Shown piece after piece: positions 24,812-38,476 of a DNA stretch of 64,000 bases. The number at the start of each line of letters is the position of its first letter. The stretch's first letter is position 1. Both the position numbers and the translations under genes were made by a program. The stretch is from Anolis carolinensis (Eukaryota), in the NCBI RefSeq assembly GCF_035594765.1, contig NC_085844.1:39323923-39387922 (forward strand), given 5' to 3'. A model generated the notes under the pieces. It was not told the origin of the DNA and did no database searches. It saw only the letters and a program-made list of their open reading frames with translations.

Positions 24812-27800
24812 AAGTCCAACAAATTCCTCACTTGCCTTGCAGACAATTTTATGGTCCAGAAGGTAGAAGAGGCAACAAGGGGATCAGCTACTCTTGATCT
24901 CATCTTAGCAAATGTGGAAGACCTGATCAATGCAGTTGAAGTGGTCGGATCCTTAGGGGCAAGCGACCATGTGCTCCTGCAGTTCGCCAAACAAAGTAAG
25001 GCTGAAACTAAGACAAGTCAAACAAACATTCTGGACTTTAAGAGAGTGGACTTCTAAAAAATGAAGGAAATACTGAGTGGTATTCCATGGACGCCAACAT
25101 TAAAAGACAAGGGAGTTAAGGATGAATGGGAGATTTTCAAAAGTTAAATACTCAAGGCGCAAATGCAAACAGTGCCAACAAAGAAAAAAAAATAAGACAA
25201 ATGCGAAGCCAGAATGGATGTCCAAAGAACTTCTAATCGGGCTAAGACTCAAAAGAGGCATGCACAAGAAGTGGAAATGGGGAGAAATCACCAAAGAATT
25301 CAACCAAATAGCCACCTGTGATGCCTCATAGGCCTTGTAGTCCTGTTCCTGGTACTATCGTGGCAGATGAAGATGAAAACATGGGGTTTTCGCCAGTTCA
25401 ACAAGAGCCGGAGTCCCTTCACCTGCCGGATGTTGATGTTTGCCCTCAAGAATTCATTAAACCAGGCCTTGGGCAGTACTCCCCTCCGTTTCCCAGGAAG
25501 GAATCTTATTCTAGAGACAGAGAAGTTAGAGAAGCTAATCGGAGAAGTCTAAGAATCGCTGCCAAACAACTGGCTGATTAGGTCTGCTTCCCTTGGGAAA
25601 TTCTAAGGAGTAATGCATCTGGACAGAGTGGGTTTCGCTTCTCGTTCTCTAGGGAAAGAGATTGTTGGCGGGAAAACGAGACCCAATATAGGGGTTTGGC
25701 GCGAGAGATTCTTTGCGGAGTCAATTGATCAGCTTCAGGAGAGAGATCATGTGTGGAGTTCGTAACCCCAGTTCCTTGCTTCCCGGATCAAGTTTTCGAG
25801 CCTTGCCTTGCCTTGCAGTTTAACCACGGACCCTGTTCCACGCTTCATGTTTTGCCTTGTTTCCAGTCACGGACCTAGTCAAGAATCAAGTTTATTTCCA
25901 GCCTTGCTGTCAAGCTTCATGGGACTTCTAAGACTCTGACATTTCCCCACACTATTGCTTGGCAAGAGTGTGTGTTTCGGTCAAGTGGATTAAAACTTTG
26001 AACTCTAATATCATTTATTGGACAATACATTTTTGGACTATATTTGACCTCTTTTGAAAGGTCTGTTTCTGAACTATATTCTTCACTTGTTTTTATTGCT
26101 TTTATACATTTCTTTAATAAAGATATTAGATAGAGACTGGCCTCCGTGTAAGGTTATTGGTGCCCAGCAGCCAGGGTTCTGACACCACCTTCTGTAGGAA
26201 AAACGTTCGCAAGGCTAAAGCGCAAAATGAGCTCAGGCTTGCCAGGGACATTAAAATCAACAAAAAAAGGCTATTTTGCTTATGTTGGTAGAAAAAGGAA
26301 GAACAAGGAGGCGATAGGGCCTCTGCGAGAAGATGGCGTGATGGTGACAGGGAACAGGGAAAAGGCAGAACTACTTAATGCCTTCTTTGCCTCGGTCTTC
26401 TCACAAAAAGCCGTCTTCAACCTCAGCTACATGGAATGGATGAAGGATTAGGGGAAATTCAACCCCAAATAGGGAAACAAGTTGTCCAGGAACACCTGGC
26501 CGCAATAAATGAATTCAAGTCCCCAGGGCCAGATCAACTACATCCAAGAGTATTGAAGGAACTAGCTGAAGTTATTTCGGAACCACTAGCAATCATCTTT
26601 GAGAGCTCTTGGAGAACGGGAGAAGTCCCAGCAAATTGGAGGAGGGTGAATGTGGTCCCTATCTTCAAGAAGGGAAAAAAGAACGACCCAAACAATTACC
26701 AGGCAAGATTCTGGAAAAGATCATTAAGGAAATGGTCTGCTAACACTTAGAAACAAATGTGGTCATCACTAATTGTCAACACAGATTTACCAAAAACAAG
26801 TCATGCCAGACTAATCTGATCTCTTTTTTCGGTAGTTACCAGCTGGGTCGATACAGGGAACGCCGTGGATGTAGCCTACCTGGATTTCAGTAAGGCCTTT
26901 GACAAAGTCCCCCACGACCTTCTGGCAAACAAACTAGTAAAATGTGGGCTAGGCAAAACTACGGTTAGGTGGATCTGTAATTGGCTAAGCGAACAAACCC
27001 AAAGGGTGCTCACCAATGCGTCGTCTTCATCTTGGAAAGAAGTCATGAGTGGAGTGCCGCAGGGTTCCATCCTGGGCCTGGTTCTGTTCAACATCTTTAT
27101 TAATGACTAAGGGTTAGAAGGCATGATCATCAAGTTTGCAGATGACATCGAACTGGGATGGATATTTAATACTCCAGAAGACAGGAGCAGAATTCAAAAC
27201 GATCTTAACAGACTAGAGAGATGGGCCGAAACTAACAAAATGAAGTTCAACAGGGACAAGTGCAAGATACTTCACTTTGGCAGAAAAAATTGAATGCAAA
27301 GATACAGAATGTGGGATTCGTGGCTCGACAGCAGTACATGTGAAAGAGACCTTGGAGTCCTCGTGGACAATAAGTTAAACATGAGCCAACAATGTGATGC
27401 GGCAGCTAAAAAAGCAAATGGGACTGCATCAATAAGAGTATAGTTTCTAGATCCAGGGAAGTCATGCTACCCCTCTATTCCGCCTTAGTCAGACCACACT
27501 TGGAATGCTGTGTCCAATTTTGGGCACCACAGTTGAAGGGAGATGTTGACAAGCTGGAATGTGTCCAGAGGAGGGCAACTAAAATGATCAAGGGTCTGGA
27601 GAACAAGCCTTATGAGGAGCGGCTTAAAGAGCTGGGCATGTTTAGCCTGTAGAAGAGAAGGCTGAGAGGAGACATCATAGCCATGTACAAATATGTGAGG
27701 GGATGTTATAGGGAGGAGGAGCAAGTTTGTTTTCTGCTGCCCTGCAGACTAGGACACGGAACAATGGCTTCAAACTACAGGAAAGGAGATTCCACCTGAA

Positions 27801-28013
27801 CACCAGGAAGAACTTCCTCACTGTGAGAGCTGTTCGACAGTGGAACTCTCTCCCCCAAACTGTGGCGAAGGCTCCTTTTTTGGAGGGTTTTAAGCAGAGG
27901 CTGGATGGCCATCTGTTGGGGGTGCCTTGAATGCAATTTCCTGCTTCTTGCAGGGGGTTGGACTGGATGGCCCATGAGGTCTCTTCCAAAACTCTATGAT
28001 TTTATGATTCTAT
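24812..28013 (+). mobile_element. 5'-truncated, decayed CR1 LINE (ORF2 EN end and RT), interrupted by a solo LTR
   Basis: Peptides [53 protein letters not shown]; stops and frameshifts; (TATGATTC)-type tail. Confidence 0.95.
25317..26184 (+). mobile_element. Solo LTR (Gypsy- or ERV-like), 868 bp
   Basis: TGT...ACA termini; perfect 5-bp TSD CCACC (25312-25316 and 26185-26189); AATAAA near 26115. Confidence 0.88.
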
Positions 28014-28195
28014 TAAATATATTCAACACAACATGCTGATCATCTCAATTATGTATATATAACAAACTGACAAGACAGATGTAAGAAATTGTGCAAGATT
28101 ATGAAATAATACTAAAATTCCAAAAATTCTGGAAAATACATTTTTACTTAAAGACTACACATGAGTATTAGAATCAAGTTGAATTCTTTAAGACT

Positions 28196-28420
28196 TATTT
28201 ATTTATTTATTTACAGCATTTATATTCCGCCCTTCTCACCCCGAAGGGGACTCAGGGCGGATCACATTACACATATAGGCAAACATTCAATGCCTTTTTA
28301 ACATAGAACAAAGACAAGACAAACATAGGCTCCTCGAACTCATGACCTCCTGGTCAGAGTGATTCATTGCAGCTGGTTGCAGCTGGCTTGCTCTCCAGCC
28401 TGTGCCACAGCCTGGGCCCT
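28196..28420 (-). mobile_element. tRNA-headed SINE with LINE-derived (TAAA)n tail (sister copies about 22755-22950 and 29691-29905)
   Basis: Three near-identical ~200-bp copies; minus strand has A-box TGTGGCGCAG-like and B-box AGTTCGAG-like motifs. Confidence 0.75.
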
Positions 28421-29085
28421 TATTAAATAAGGAAATACAGGATTTCTATATTTCTCTATCACACAGTCTGTGGAACAGCTTTTCCTAATCTATGCTCAAG
28501 TTGTGATGGGCATTTCAACACACCATAACAACACCGAGAGAGAAAGACTGTAAAAAAGCATAGCACTGTGTATCAGCAGAGTTAAATGCTAAGCAGATGA
28601 TGCTTGACTGAAATCTGGACCAGCATTAGACCCAAAAGCATACTGGAAATAATCCTGTGGTATATTTTATCATAACATAAAGCTGTAATGATGCAACTGT
28701 TAGTTCTCGGCTGGAGGGAAAGGGATGGCCAATGCAACAATTTTGAGTTGTTCTTTCAGTAAAGTGAACTGAAACCTGACAACATACGTTCTCTAAAACT
28801 GTACAATGAACACAGATAGCCATGTAGAAAGTCTGTGTATATCAGCTACAAAAATACTTTTCCTGTTTATTATATGATGACATTTCCCAAAGGTTATTCT
28901 GTCCCAAATAAACTTTGTGGGAACTTTTCAAATTAAGTGCTTAGCAGAATCCATGGTTCTTTGCTCGCCCTATGTGACTACCTGATGTTACAGAAGCAAT
29001 GCTTCCTGGTTATTTACTACATTTCAACGTTCAATACAAAAGTTTAATCATTTGTATAAAATCCTATCAGTTCAAAGTTTTTTCT

Positions 29086-29310
29086 TCAAGACACAGATGG
29101 TGGTGTAATTTGTTGTTTCAGTTTTTCAACAACATTCTTCAAATATGCTTCATCTTTGAAAAAGTACACATAGAGTTTTCTTTCCACCTGCTGTAGCTTA
29201 TTATTTTCCAAAAGCTTCTTCTTAACCTTTATGTCAGCAAGAAGATCCATAATAAGCTGATTTAATTTGTTTAGCTGGAATTCCAATCGCTGAAATTGTT
29301 CATTCAGTTC
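29086..29310 (-). CDS. HAUS3: HAUS3 last coding exon
   Basis: Acceptor TTTTAG|; TGA at 29086; candidate polyA signals (minus) ATTAAA 29043-29048 and AATAAA 28866-28871. Confidence 0.94.
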   Translation of the reverse strand, partial: ELNEQFQRLEFQLNKLNQLIMDLLADIKVKKKLLENNKLQQVERKLYVYFFKDEAYLKNVVEKLKQQITPPSVS

Positions 29311-32300
29311 CTAAAAGTGATGAAACACAATGAGCTTAACACATTTATATATTACATGATTCTAGCAAATCAACACCATATAAACTTGCATATTTGCAAT
29401 CTTCCTCACTTGCTGACCATTTTTAAAAATTTGCTTCTATATACATTTGATTTTAAATTGTCAGGAAGAGTACATTTATGCTCGATGGACAGAGTTTTGC
29501 TTGGCTGAGTAGCCAAGCTATTTTTTGTGGTTGCCATAAACCACTTTGGCTCTGCTGAGTTATCTAATAGTTAAGAACACTTCTGGTAGCAGATAATGCA
29601 TTATCTGCTGCTGCTTCTGTCTTCTACCAAGAACCTCACCAAAGGTTTTCCTCTGTTTCTACACATTTAACAGATGGAATTTCACAGATCCCATTTATTT
29701 ATTTATAGCATTTATATTCCGCCCTTCTCACCCCAAAGGTGACTCAGGGCGGATCACATTGCACACATAAAGGCAAACATTCAATACCATAACATAGAAC
29801 AGAGACAGAGACAAGACGCAGACACGGCTGGCCTCGAACTCATGACCTCTTGGTCAGAGTGATTTGTTGTAGCTGGCTTGCTTTCCAGCCTGCGCCACAA
29901 CCCGGCCATCAAACAACACATAACCTGTTCCGTGGGTTACCCAAGGGACTCCATCTCTACAGCATGTAGAAACAGGCGGATTTGAAAGACGGGCAGGAAT
30001 CAATTTCACTCGTCTTCCTGCTCATACATACTTAAAAATGGGTGTATTTGTTGTTTGCATTCTATTTTGTGATGTTTCAATATGTGTATTCATGTGGATG
30101 GTCTGCTAATGCCCCTCAATTCTTCAAATACATAAAAGATCCATAAATTATTATTTTATTTATTGCTGTAACTGCATAATGTCAAAGATCTCATTTTGAC
30201 TTATTGAAAGTTCCCTGTTTCTCACGCATGCTTCAGAGTTTACTGCTCAGAGAAGAAGGTGGTGTGGGTGGTTAGATGGAATATGTATTTTATTTTTGTT
30301 TCCTAAACATATGTACCTGCTATGAAACTGGCTACTTTTCCCACTAAGATCTGTGGTATTTTCTTTTTTGAACTTTAAATATTGTTGCTTTCATCACACA
30401 GGAGAAAAAAACTTCCACAATTGTGAATTTTTAAAAATTAAAACAAAAAAGAGAGAAAGTGGTGTAGAAGTACAGAGGAGGAAGAAATGGGAGGAGACAA
30501 ACCTGCCCATTTGATGGAAAATGAAGCAGATGGTTGAGTCTTGGGTTAAGACTCCTGGATGGAGGCCTGCTAGATTCTAGAGGGCATGCAGCTAATGCAG
30601 CATTCAAAGAAGGCATATGGGCAGAATAGCTTTCCTGTAGAACAATTAACTATATGGTAGTGTAATGGAGTTCAATGGGGCTTTTTGCGGGTGCACAGTT
30701 AGCATAAAAAAGACTGACATCTCATGTTCAAATGTCATTATTACAAAAACTTAAAAACATTGCCACAACTGATCCAAAGTTGCTCACCTGATTACTCAGA
30801 CAGATGCTTTCTCCACTGTGGTACAAAGAATCACGAAGGGCAATTACACCCTCATCCATCTTTGACAGAAGTAACATTTGATCTTCATTAGTTACTGTTA
30901 AACGATCAAGTAGTGACACTTTATCTAGATGTAGCTCTTCAGACATCTGCTCAAGACCTTCATGTGTTCTGAACAACTGTTTTGGATTCTTCCCTTCAAG
31001 AAGTTGATATAACCTTTAAAAACATGAGTGCATGGTAAAAATGAGATTGACTGAAATACAATTAATCTTCGAAAAGCAGCATGAAAATACAACACAAAAA
31101 TTACAATAAAACCTGCTTGCAGAAAAGTGGCATGACAGTAGCTGAATCCTGGCACCTTTTTAAAAAAAATCGTGTCAGAAGCGACTTGAGAACATACTGC
31201 ATATTGCTTCTGGTTGCTTCTGGTGTGAGAGAATTGGCTGTCTGCAGAGACATTGCCCAGGGGACACCAGGATGTGTTAGCTGGGGAGCTTCTCTCATGT
31301 TCCTGCATGCTAGACTTGACAGACAGAAGCTCACCCAGTCTTGTGGATTCGAAATGGCAACTTTCAGGTCAGCAACCCAACCTTTAGGTCAGCACAGTTC
31401 AGCCAGCACAAGGGTTTAACCCACTGCGTCACCTGGCAGCTAAAAGTGTACATGTATATTCGTATTATTTTCTATGTTTGACAGATCTTTTGCTAAAGAG
31501 TCACAGACTGATCTTTCCTAGTTAACTAAGGTCAGAGTAGAAACAATTTGTTGTTAACTGCCATCAAGTTGACTTTGACTTATGGCGACCCTGTGAATGA
31601 GAGACCTTCAAATCTCCCAGTTATCCACAGCCCTGCTCAGGTTTTGCAAACTCACACACAAGGAATCCTTGACGAAATGTTTCACTTGTAATGCAATCTT
31701 TTTCTTTTTCTACTGCCTTATACCTTGTCGAGTACCAGAATATTTTCCACAGAGGCATGTCTTCTCATGGTAAGTCCAACTGCCATCCTAATAATTCACA
31801 TTGGTGCTTCCACTTTTTCTGGTGTTTTTGACCCTCCTGCTTCAAAATTTGCTTTGTTTCAGAAAGAAAAGGGCAAGTGATAAAGACAGCTGACATAGTT
31901 CTCCATAGAAAAATTAGTCCTCAAATGCAACCTCTGGGGAAGGACCAATCAGAATCTGGCAGTTAACAACTAACAACACTTTCAATGGACGTTTCAGGCA
32001 GCATTTCTTAAATTGACCATCATCTTAAATTGAATCATTCTGGCTTGACATACTTATCAAGTTCTCAACTGCTTAGTGTGTGGAGATCACATTTAACTTT
32101 TATGCAATTCAAAATACCAGCTGAACAGAATTGCATAAGCCCATAATGCTTCCTTGTGTCAGAGCAATTATTTGGAAGGAAGTGCCATTAACTTGAATGG
32201 AATTTATGGATGCATTTAGATCTCATTTTTCTCCTAGTGAGAATAGATAGAAAAACAGTGGCAGCCTGAGCTTTCCTGTCACCTGAGGTGGAAGTAAAAA

Positions 32301-35300
32301 CAATTTGTTGTTGTTAACCGGTTAAGTTGACCGATTTAAGGTGACCCTATAAGATTGTATACAGTGCATTGATCGTTCATGTCTGGTAAATGGAATCACC
32401 AGGACTGAGGGGCATCACTTAACCTGCATAGCCACATTAGTGGCAGGAATGAACACAGAAACAAACAACGAAGATGAAGTTAGCACTGTAGGAAGACAGT
32501 GCTGATTATTTTTCTAATGTTGGCTTCCAGGGGTGGGGTGGAAATCTAAGTACTCTAATAGGAATGGTTTTGATGGCTGCCTGTTCTGTAGCACAAATGA
32601 TTCTCCATGTCACTCCTTCCTAAGTAGCTACACTCCAAGGTTACTTCCTCCTTTCTATGTGCTGAAAAATAGGATCCTTAGAGCCAGCAGTCTTCTCATT
32701 CTCCCTAAGATCCATGAACAGTGCAAATACTTGTGTGACAAGTCATTAGAGTTCACCAACTGACTTCTAGCCACAGTAAGATGCTTACCTTTGTGTCGCA
32801 TTATCCCTCAAATCAATAGTACTCCTTAGGATTTTATGATGGGATATAGATGGTTCAGACATTGTGTCTAGCGTCTGGGCCAAAGTATCACTGCTCCGTT
32901 TCAGATCATGAACCATATTTTCAAGCAGACGGCTATAATCCCTAAGTTTTCTCAATTCAATTTCATAAGCCAGTTGAAGAAATTCAAATGATGATTTCTG
33001 TTTCATCAGCTGGTGACATATTTGATCTTGTCTTGATATATAGTATTCCTGTCGAGCAATCTGTAGATCAAAATCACCTCTAACCACGGGCATATTCAAT
33101 AACTCTGCATCCTCCTTTATCAGCAAAGGCAACTTTTCACTGTTTATCTGAGACAAGTGTTTTTTAATTTTTGAAATTTCATTGTTCAGCCTAGAAATTC
33201 TAGGTTCAACTTTTTCTTTTCCAATAATCTGCAGAACAAATACAAAGATTCTTGTAAGCTATACAATCCAGGTCAGTTCATGCTCATTTCCCCTATATAT
33301 TGAAATACATATACTTATTAAAAATACTAGCTACCAAAATATTTTAGATTTCAGATTTGGGGAGGGGGGATTTGGAATGCATGTATTTGTATATACAACA
33401 TATACATAAAGAAATATCTTGGAGATGGCACTCAAGCCTAAATGTACAATATACTCATATACTCCTATACACATAGCCTAAAGGTCATTTTGTACACAAT
33501 ATTTTAAATATCATATTTACTCAAATCTAATGCTCACCTTTTTTGGCTAAATGATAATGTAAAAATTGGAGTGTGCACATGTGAGAAAGTGGAAAGTACG
33601 TGGGGTAGCAAGACAAAAACGAGGATTAGAAAGCAATGTACTAATCTTAAGATTTTCCGTATCACTCCAGTTCTCTCACATTGTACCAAATCCACTGTTT
33701 CTGTTTTAAGAAAGGGAGAACGTGCATAGAGTAGTGATGATCTCAAGAGAGAAAATTATGTGTAGGCAAAATGCATATCTGATCTGTTCTCAGCAGGTAC
33801 CAAAACAGCTCTAAGAAAATGTGATCCTTGATGTAAAAAAGGGTTTCCCAGTCCAGGTTACAGGGTCAGGGTTGATTGGCTTCTTTTTGTTTTTGGTTTT
33901 TCCCTGCCAGCTCATCACTTCTTATTATACTACTATAAAAATAATTTGTGCCAGATTTTTACATTCTTGATCCTCTCAGTTTCAGATGCCAATTGCAGAA
34001 TGACACCCATACATGTGGTATTTGTCCTCCATAGGCACTCCAAATGATTCTATTATATGAGTCTATTGGAAGCTATGACAAACATTACCCTGGAGGACTT
34101 TGAATATTCTTAGAGAAGACAACTCTCTAAAAATATTCAAAGTCCTCCAGGGAGACTCCATGGTAACTTTTAGCAGAAGCTATTCATTTCAATAGGGTTT
34201 GCTATTAGCTACTAAGCTCCACATTAAGTTCGGAAACATATCTCATGGATTCTACTGCTCTACATTTTTATAATCCCTCTCCACAGATGTCACCGAGGCA
34301 TTTTATAACAAATCAAAGTAAAAAGAACTAGTATCACAGACTTGTTTAAAAACTATACAGTATTAAAAGAGTTAAATCATTACATATGATACAATTATCT
34401 TGTAAAAAGATTGTGATAAAGTAAGAGAGGAAAAGAAAGAGGCCAAGAACACAAAATAGTATTAAGCTGAACTGGTATTTCTTTTGCCTGCAAGTAAATA
34501 GACTAGAGCTGAGAGGCAAAGAGCTTGTCTGGCAACATCACTGGGATGGTTAATAGACCTCCAAAGCAATATGAGGTCAAAAATAAGACAAGAATAGAAA
34601 CTACCAAACCTCTCTGACCTCTGGAAAAGATGAAACAGTTCTCAGATTAAGTTGCCTTTATCAGACTGAAGGGGATGTTAAATTCAGTAACAAACTGAAT
34701 AAAACAAAAGGTACCACCGGCAGTATTGACCTAACAACAAGCTCCTCGGGAGCCCAAGCAATAGCCCTTAGGTCAGTGGTTCCCAACCTGGGGTCCCCAG
34801 ATGTTTTTGGCCTACAACTCCCAGAAATCCCAGCCAGTTTACCAGCTGTTAGGATTTCTAGGAGTTTAAGGAAAAAAACATCTGGGAACCCAAGATTGAG
34901 AACCACTGCCTTAGGTGATCTGCTTGACCACGAGCTTACATTGCATTTCCAGAACCTGCTCTTTCCGTGTCCCAAATGTGCTTAAAGTCAAGCATGTCAG
35001 AGTGCAAGAGCATACAGAACGGTAGCTGGCTTTGGGATGAGTGTGTGGGAGGTAACAGAGAATTTTACCTAGTAAATCAACTGAATAAGGATACCAGAAA
35101 TAGTTTTAAGTTCAAATTTAACCATTATTTTCACCACGGCTTCATGTGGTGCAATAAATACAACAATAAAACTTACCCTCTTTAAAGAAGAAATATTTTC
35201 TTTTGCCCACTGAAGCCCTGCTTTCAAGCTTAGATTTTTAGCCTTCTGTTGAATCAGTTGATGCTCAGCACAAATATATGCCATCTGCAGCCTGGTCAGC

Positions 35301-36094
35301 TCTGTTCTTTCCTCCAATACATCACTACTCTCCTCACAAGTGGAGGAATTCCTTATGTCTAGAAGCTGGAAATGTTCTTCATTAGAACTTTCAACCAACT
35401 CAGCTATGCCATGGAAAAACTGCTTTTTTGTATAGAGAGTAAGAGATGTGGTGCTCTCTTCCTCCTGATGAAAGTATTTATCCAAATCATGTTGAGCTAG
35501 CAATACAGAATGAGCGACTAGTTCCTGTTGTCCGGGTGTAGCTGTAAGGAAAGAAGACAGTTTCGCCACTCCTTCAGAAACAGACTGCAATTTATTATTT
35601 ATCTTTGCATTTAGGGCAATGAAAGCCCCCTGGTCCTTTTTCATATTTTTAGGCATTTCTTCTTCTGTCCCTTTAAGTTTCAGAGACATCAGACTATTGC
35701 TTGAAGCCACTGTTTGAAGCTTGTTGCGACGGTTAATCTTTAGCTGTTTAATCTTTTGAAGACTCAGAAATTCATCCTCCAAGACTTTAAGGTTTGTTTC
35801 CTCGTCTTCCTCCTCACATTTATTGGTGTTTAATTCCACAGATTTGCACGTCTTGAGAGCTTCATCTAGAGCCTCTTCTTCTAATATTGGCTTTGATGAC
35901 TTGAGAATAGCAAAGGACTGCAGTTCTTCCTCCGATACCACATGATGCTCATTAACAGTTGTACAAAACCACTCCAGAAATGACTTATCTTCCAAAGTTT
36001 CAAATAACCAATCAAAGTCTTCACCATTAAGAGAATTCACTTTGGGATATCCTATCCTCTTTAGAGTTTCAACAAATTGATGTCCACAATCCAT
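29086..36094 (-). CDS. HAUS3: HAUS augmin-like complex subunit 3, complement(join(29086..29310,30788..31013,32789..33228,35177..36094)), 602 aa
   Basis: 918+440+226+225=1809 nt with no stops or frameshifts. Protein: MDCGHQFVETLKRIGYPKVNSLNGEDFDWLFE...LLNMPVVRGDFDLQIARQEYY...ERKLYVYFFKDE. All introns GT-AG. Confidence 0.96.
30788..31013 (-). CDS. HAUS3: HAUS3 coding exon 3
   Basis: Acceptor TTTAAAG|; donor CAG|GTGAGC; encodes RLYQLLEGKNPKQLFRTHEGLEQ. Confidence 0.92.
32789..33228 (-). CDS. HAUS3: HAUS3 coding exon 2
   Basis: Acceptor CTGCAG|; donor AG|GTAAGC; 440 nt. Confidence 0.95.
34774..34908. mobile_element. Palindromic hAT MITE in a HAUS3 intron
   Basis: CAGTGGTT...AACCACTG; 8-bp TSD CCTTAGGT. 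Confidence 0.88.
35177..36094 (-). CDS. HAUS3: HAUS3 first coding exon (exon begins at 36185 with 5'UTR)
   Basis: Acceptor after poly-T (TTTGCAG|) at 36186-36187; ATG at 36094; donor AGG|GTAAGT. Confidence 0.96.
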
Positions 36095-37074
36095 GACGTC
36101 AGATGTAAACTGACAGTCTGCTAGTAAGCTTCAAAAGTATCTGCCACAAACAAAAGTACTGTGACGTATGGTTTTGCGCATAGTTCTGCAAAAAAAAAAA
36201 AAACAAAAAAAAACAAAGAGAACACAAACCAATTAGATTACTAATTAGTGGGGTTGCATACTTAGAATTTTGCATAATGATAATAAGTACAGTGGGTCCT
36301 CTGCGTCCACAGGTTCAACCATCCATGGCTTGAAAATATTCAAAAACAGACTCCAAAAAGCATACACTGATCTCAGCCTTCAGGGAAAAAAAACTAAAAA
36401 CATGGCTTTGGGATCAGGATTTTGGTCAATAATGGGAGCAGTGCAATAATAGACTAAATTAATTTAATGACAACCCAGGCTGGCCCTGGAATATGACCTG
36501 GATTATGTGATTTTAATTTTTGTTTTAATGTTATGTTTTAATTGGTTGGTTTTAATGTTTTTGTTTATTCATTGATGTATGTATACATGTGGCATTGAAC
36601 TGTTGCCCTTTGTAAGGCTGCTTGGAGCCGAGAAAGGCGGGATACAAGTATGGCAAATAAATAAATGAAATAAATATATAGGAAATGCAGTTTTGTTACA
36701 TCATTGTATACAGCAGGACTTTAGGATCCACGGATTTTGTTATCCATGGAGAACCACTGTAGTACTGTACTTTAGCAATAACAATAACAACAATTACCAA
36801 TTGCTTAAGAAGAACAATCAACAATCTCCATGAACCAGGTTCATATACCAGACTAATAAAGTTTTTTTTAATGCTGAAGAAATTAGAATTAATTGCTTTC
36901 CCACTTTAAAGAATCATCAGCCATCCCAACTAGATTTAGGCTGCAATCCTAGGGTGCATCTATACCAAGCATGGGCAAACTTAGGCCTTCCAGATGTATT
37001 GGACTTCAACTTCCACCATTCCTAACAGCCTCAGCCTCAGGCCCTTTCCTTTCCCCCTCAGCTGCTTAAGGAAA

Positions 37075-37760
37075 TCCAAGGAAATTTGGATAAAATTATT
37101 GATAAAATAATAAAATGGAAAGTAGAGAAAGAGAAAGGAATCATGGGATACATTTACAAAATAATCACGGGAAAACTATACAATATATATAAAAAAATAC
37201 CTTGACAGAAATCTGGAAGGAGGAACTAAGTTGCAGTGAGAGAGAAATATAAAACTGGATAAATTCAATTAATAAAATAAAACATTTAAAGATAAAGGAA
37301 ATGCAATGCAAAATACAGACAAAATGGTATAGAATTCCTGTGTAATTAGCTCATATAACCAGAACCTCCCCAAAACAATGTTGGCACAACTGCGGGAAAA
37401 CCAGAACATACACCCACATGTGGTGGGATTGTGAAAAAAAAACATACAAAAGTTCCATAAAATAATAAAGAAGGAAATGGTGGAGTTATTAGGGATAAAA
37501 ATAGATTGGAACAGGAGAGAATTTTTCCTCCAGAAAATTGAAGGCGAAGGGGGAATCTAAAGAATGGGAGCGATTAATAAATTACATGTTAGGTGCAATT
37601 AAAGCCTCAGCCACTTTAGGCTGGAAGGACCAAAAGAAATGGGACATAAAAACATGGTATAAATATTTAGTGAACTACCTCCTCCAAGACTACATTAGTG
37701 AAAGGAAAAGTTACTACTGAATGGGCCAAATCAGAAATTCATGGGAGGCAAAATGGAAAT
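37075..37760 (+). mobile_element. Decayed L1-clade LINE ORF2 3' fragment in the HAUS3 5' intron
   Basis: A-rich strand encoding KWYRIP...CWHNCGK...YTHMWWDCEK cysteine-rich motif. Confidence 0.75.
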
Positions 37761-38476
37761 AAATAATAATAATAATAAACTTTATTTTTATATCCTGCCC
37801 CATCTCCCCGAAGGGACTCGGGGCGGCTCACAACGGGGACAAGCCCGAAACAATGACACAACATATTTGACAAAAAACATTTCAACGATACACAAAATAA
37901 AATAATGGACAATACATTAAAATCCAAGCAGATAAAATCAGAGTAATTAAAAGCAAACCAGTGGGGACAGGTTTCATAAAGTGCTGTATCATGAAAATGA
38001 GTAACAGTGATAAAGTGCCATAAGCTTTTAAAACATAAAGAAGTATTCTGATGACAGCTCTATGGGGAAAGGCTTAATTTACAGAATAACAAGGAAAGAT
38101 AAATATAAGAAATTAAGCAACATTATCCCCATGATTGAACAATCATAATAAATACAGCAAAATTTGTAAACTGTTCTCCAGGAGGGGAGGGAGAATGAGG
38201 GGGAACAATGTAAACATGTGTTACCAATGGAAAATGTTTTGAATGTTTGTATAATTTTGTGTAGCACTATTTACAATAATTTTGAAAATAATAATTTTAA
38301 AAAAACAGTCCAAAACACTTGGAGGGCCCAAGTTTGCCCGGGCCTGGTTTAGAGCTATAGCAGTGGTTCCAATCATACTCTTTTCCATCAATGTCTACTG
38401 AAGCACATTACACTCGGCTGGTGACTCGCCTCCTCTTTACTTGAGAGTAAGTCCTACCGAGTGTTGCTAGACTTAC

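Noticed and set aside
35069-36094. 341-aa single-exon ORF as a HAUS3 retrocopy or truncated pseudogene
   Set aside because: A strong donor at 35176 splices in frame to three further exons, giving a full-length protein.
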